From: Malacoraja senta
Taxonomy: Eukaryota
Direction: 5' to 3'
Length of the DNA stretch: 64,000 nt
Assembly: GCA_038087875.1 (NCBI GenBank)
Contig: CM075997.1
Location: forward strand, 2,544,001-2,608,000
A model generated the notes under the pieces. The model searched no databases, was not told the DNA's origin, and saw only the letters and a program-made list of their open reading frames with translations. Each line of letters starts with the position of its first letter. The first letter of the stretch is position 1. Shown piece after piece: positions 63,987 through 64,000 of this stretch. The position numbers and the translations under genes are program-made.

Positions 63987-64000
63987 GTATGTATATAATA

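Overview
Repeat-rich vertebrate genomic DNA, most likely from a cartilaginous fish (skate/ray; inferred from abundant HE1/V-SINE and HER1/CR1-type repeats), with a 200-N assembly gap at 14009-14208. One complete spliced gene can be rebuilt by hand on the + strand: a 9-coding-exon secreted RNase T2-family gene (28306-54985, 241 aa). It resembles the fish rnaset2l paralog and has Asn in place of the first CAS II His. A CpG-island promoter and the probable first coding exon of a second, unidentified gene lie at the right edge. The rest is mostly mobile DNA: a young Penelope-like element (PLE) with an inverted 5' arm, many TSD-flanked mini-PLEs carrying minimal hammerhead cores, a near-intact Passport-like Tc1 element beside what looks like its own excision footprint, a decayed HERO-type RLE LINE, Harbinger and hAT MITEs, a Helitron-like element, and an RTE-derived short element. 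The most striking unexplained signal is in the HERO 3' UTR (minus strand, 21222-21290). It contains all hammerhead core motifs and four perfectly paired helices, connected in a non-canonical double-pseudoknot order, which makes it a candidate new ribozyme topology. All family assignments are from recognition of the sequence; no database search was run.
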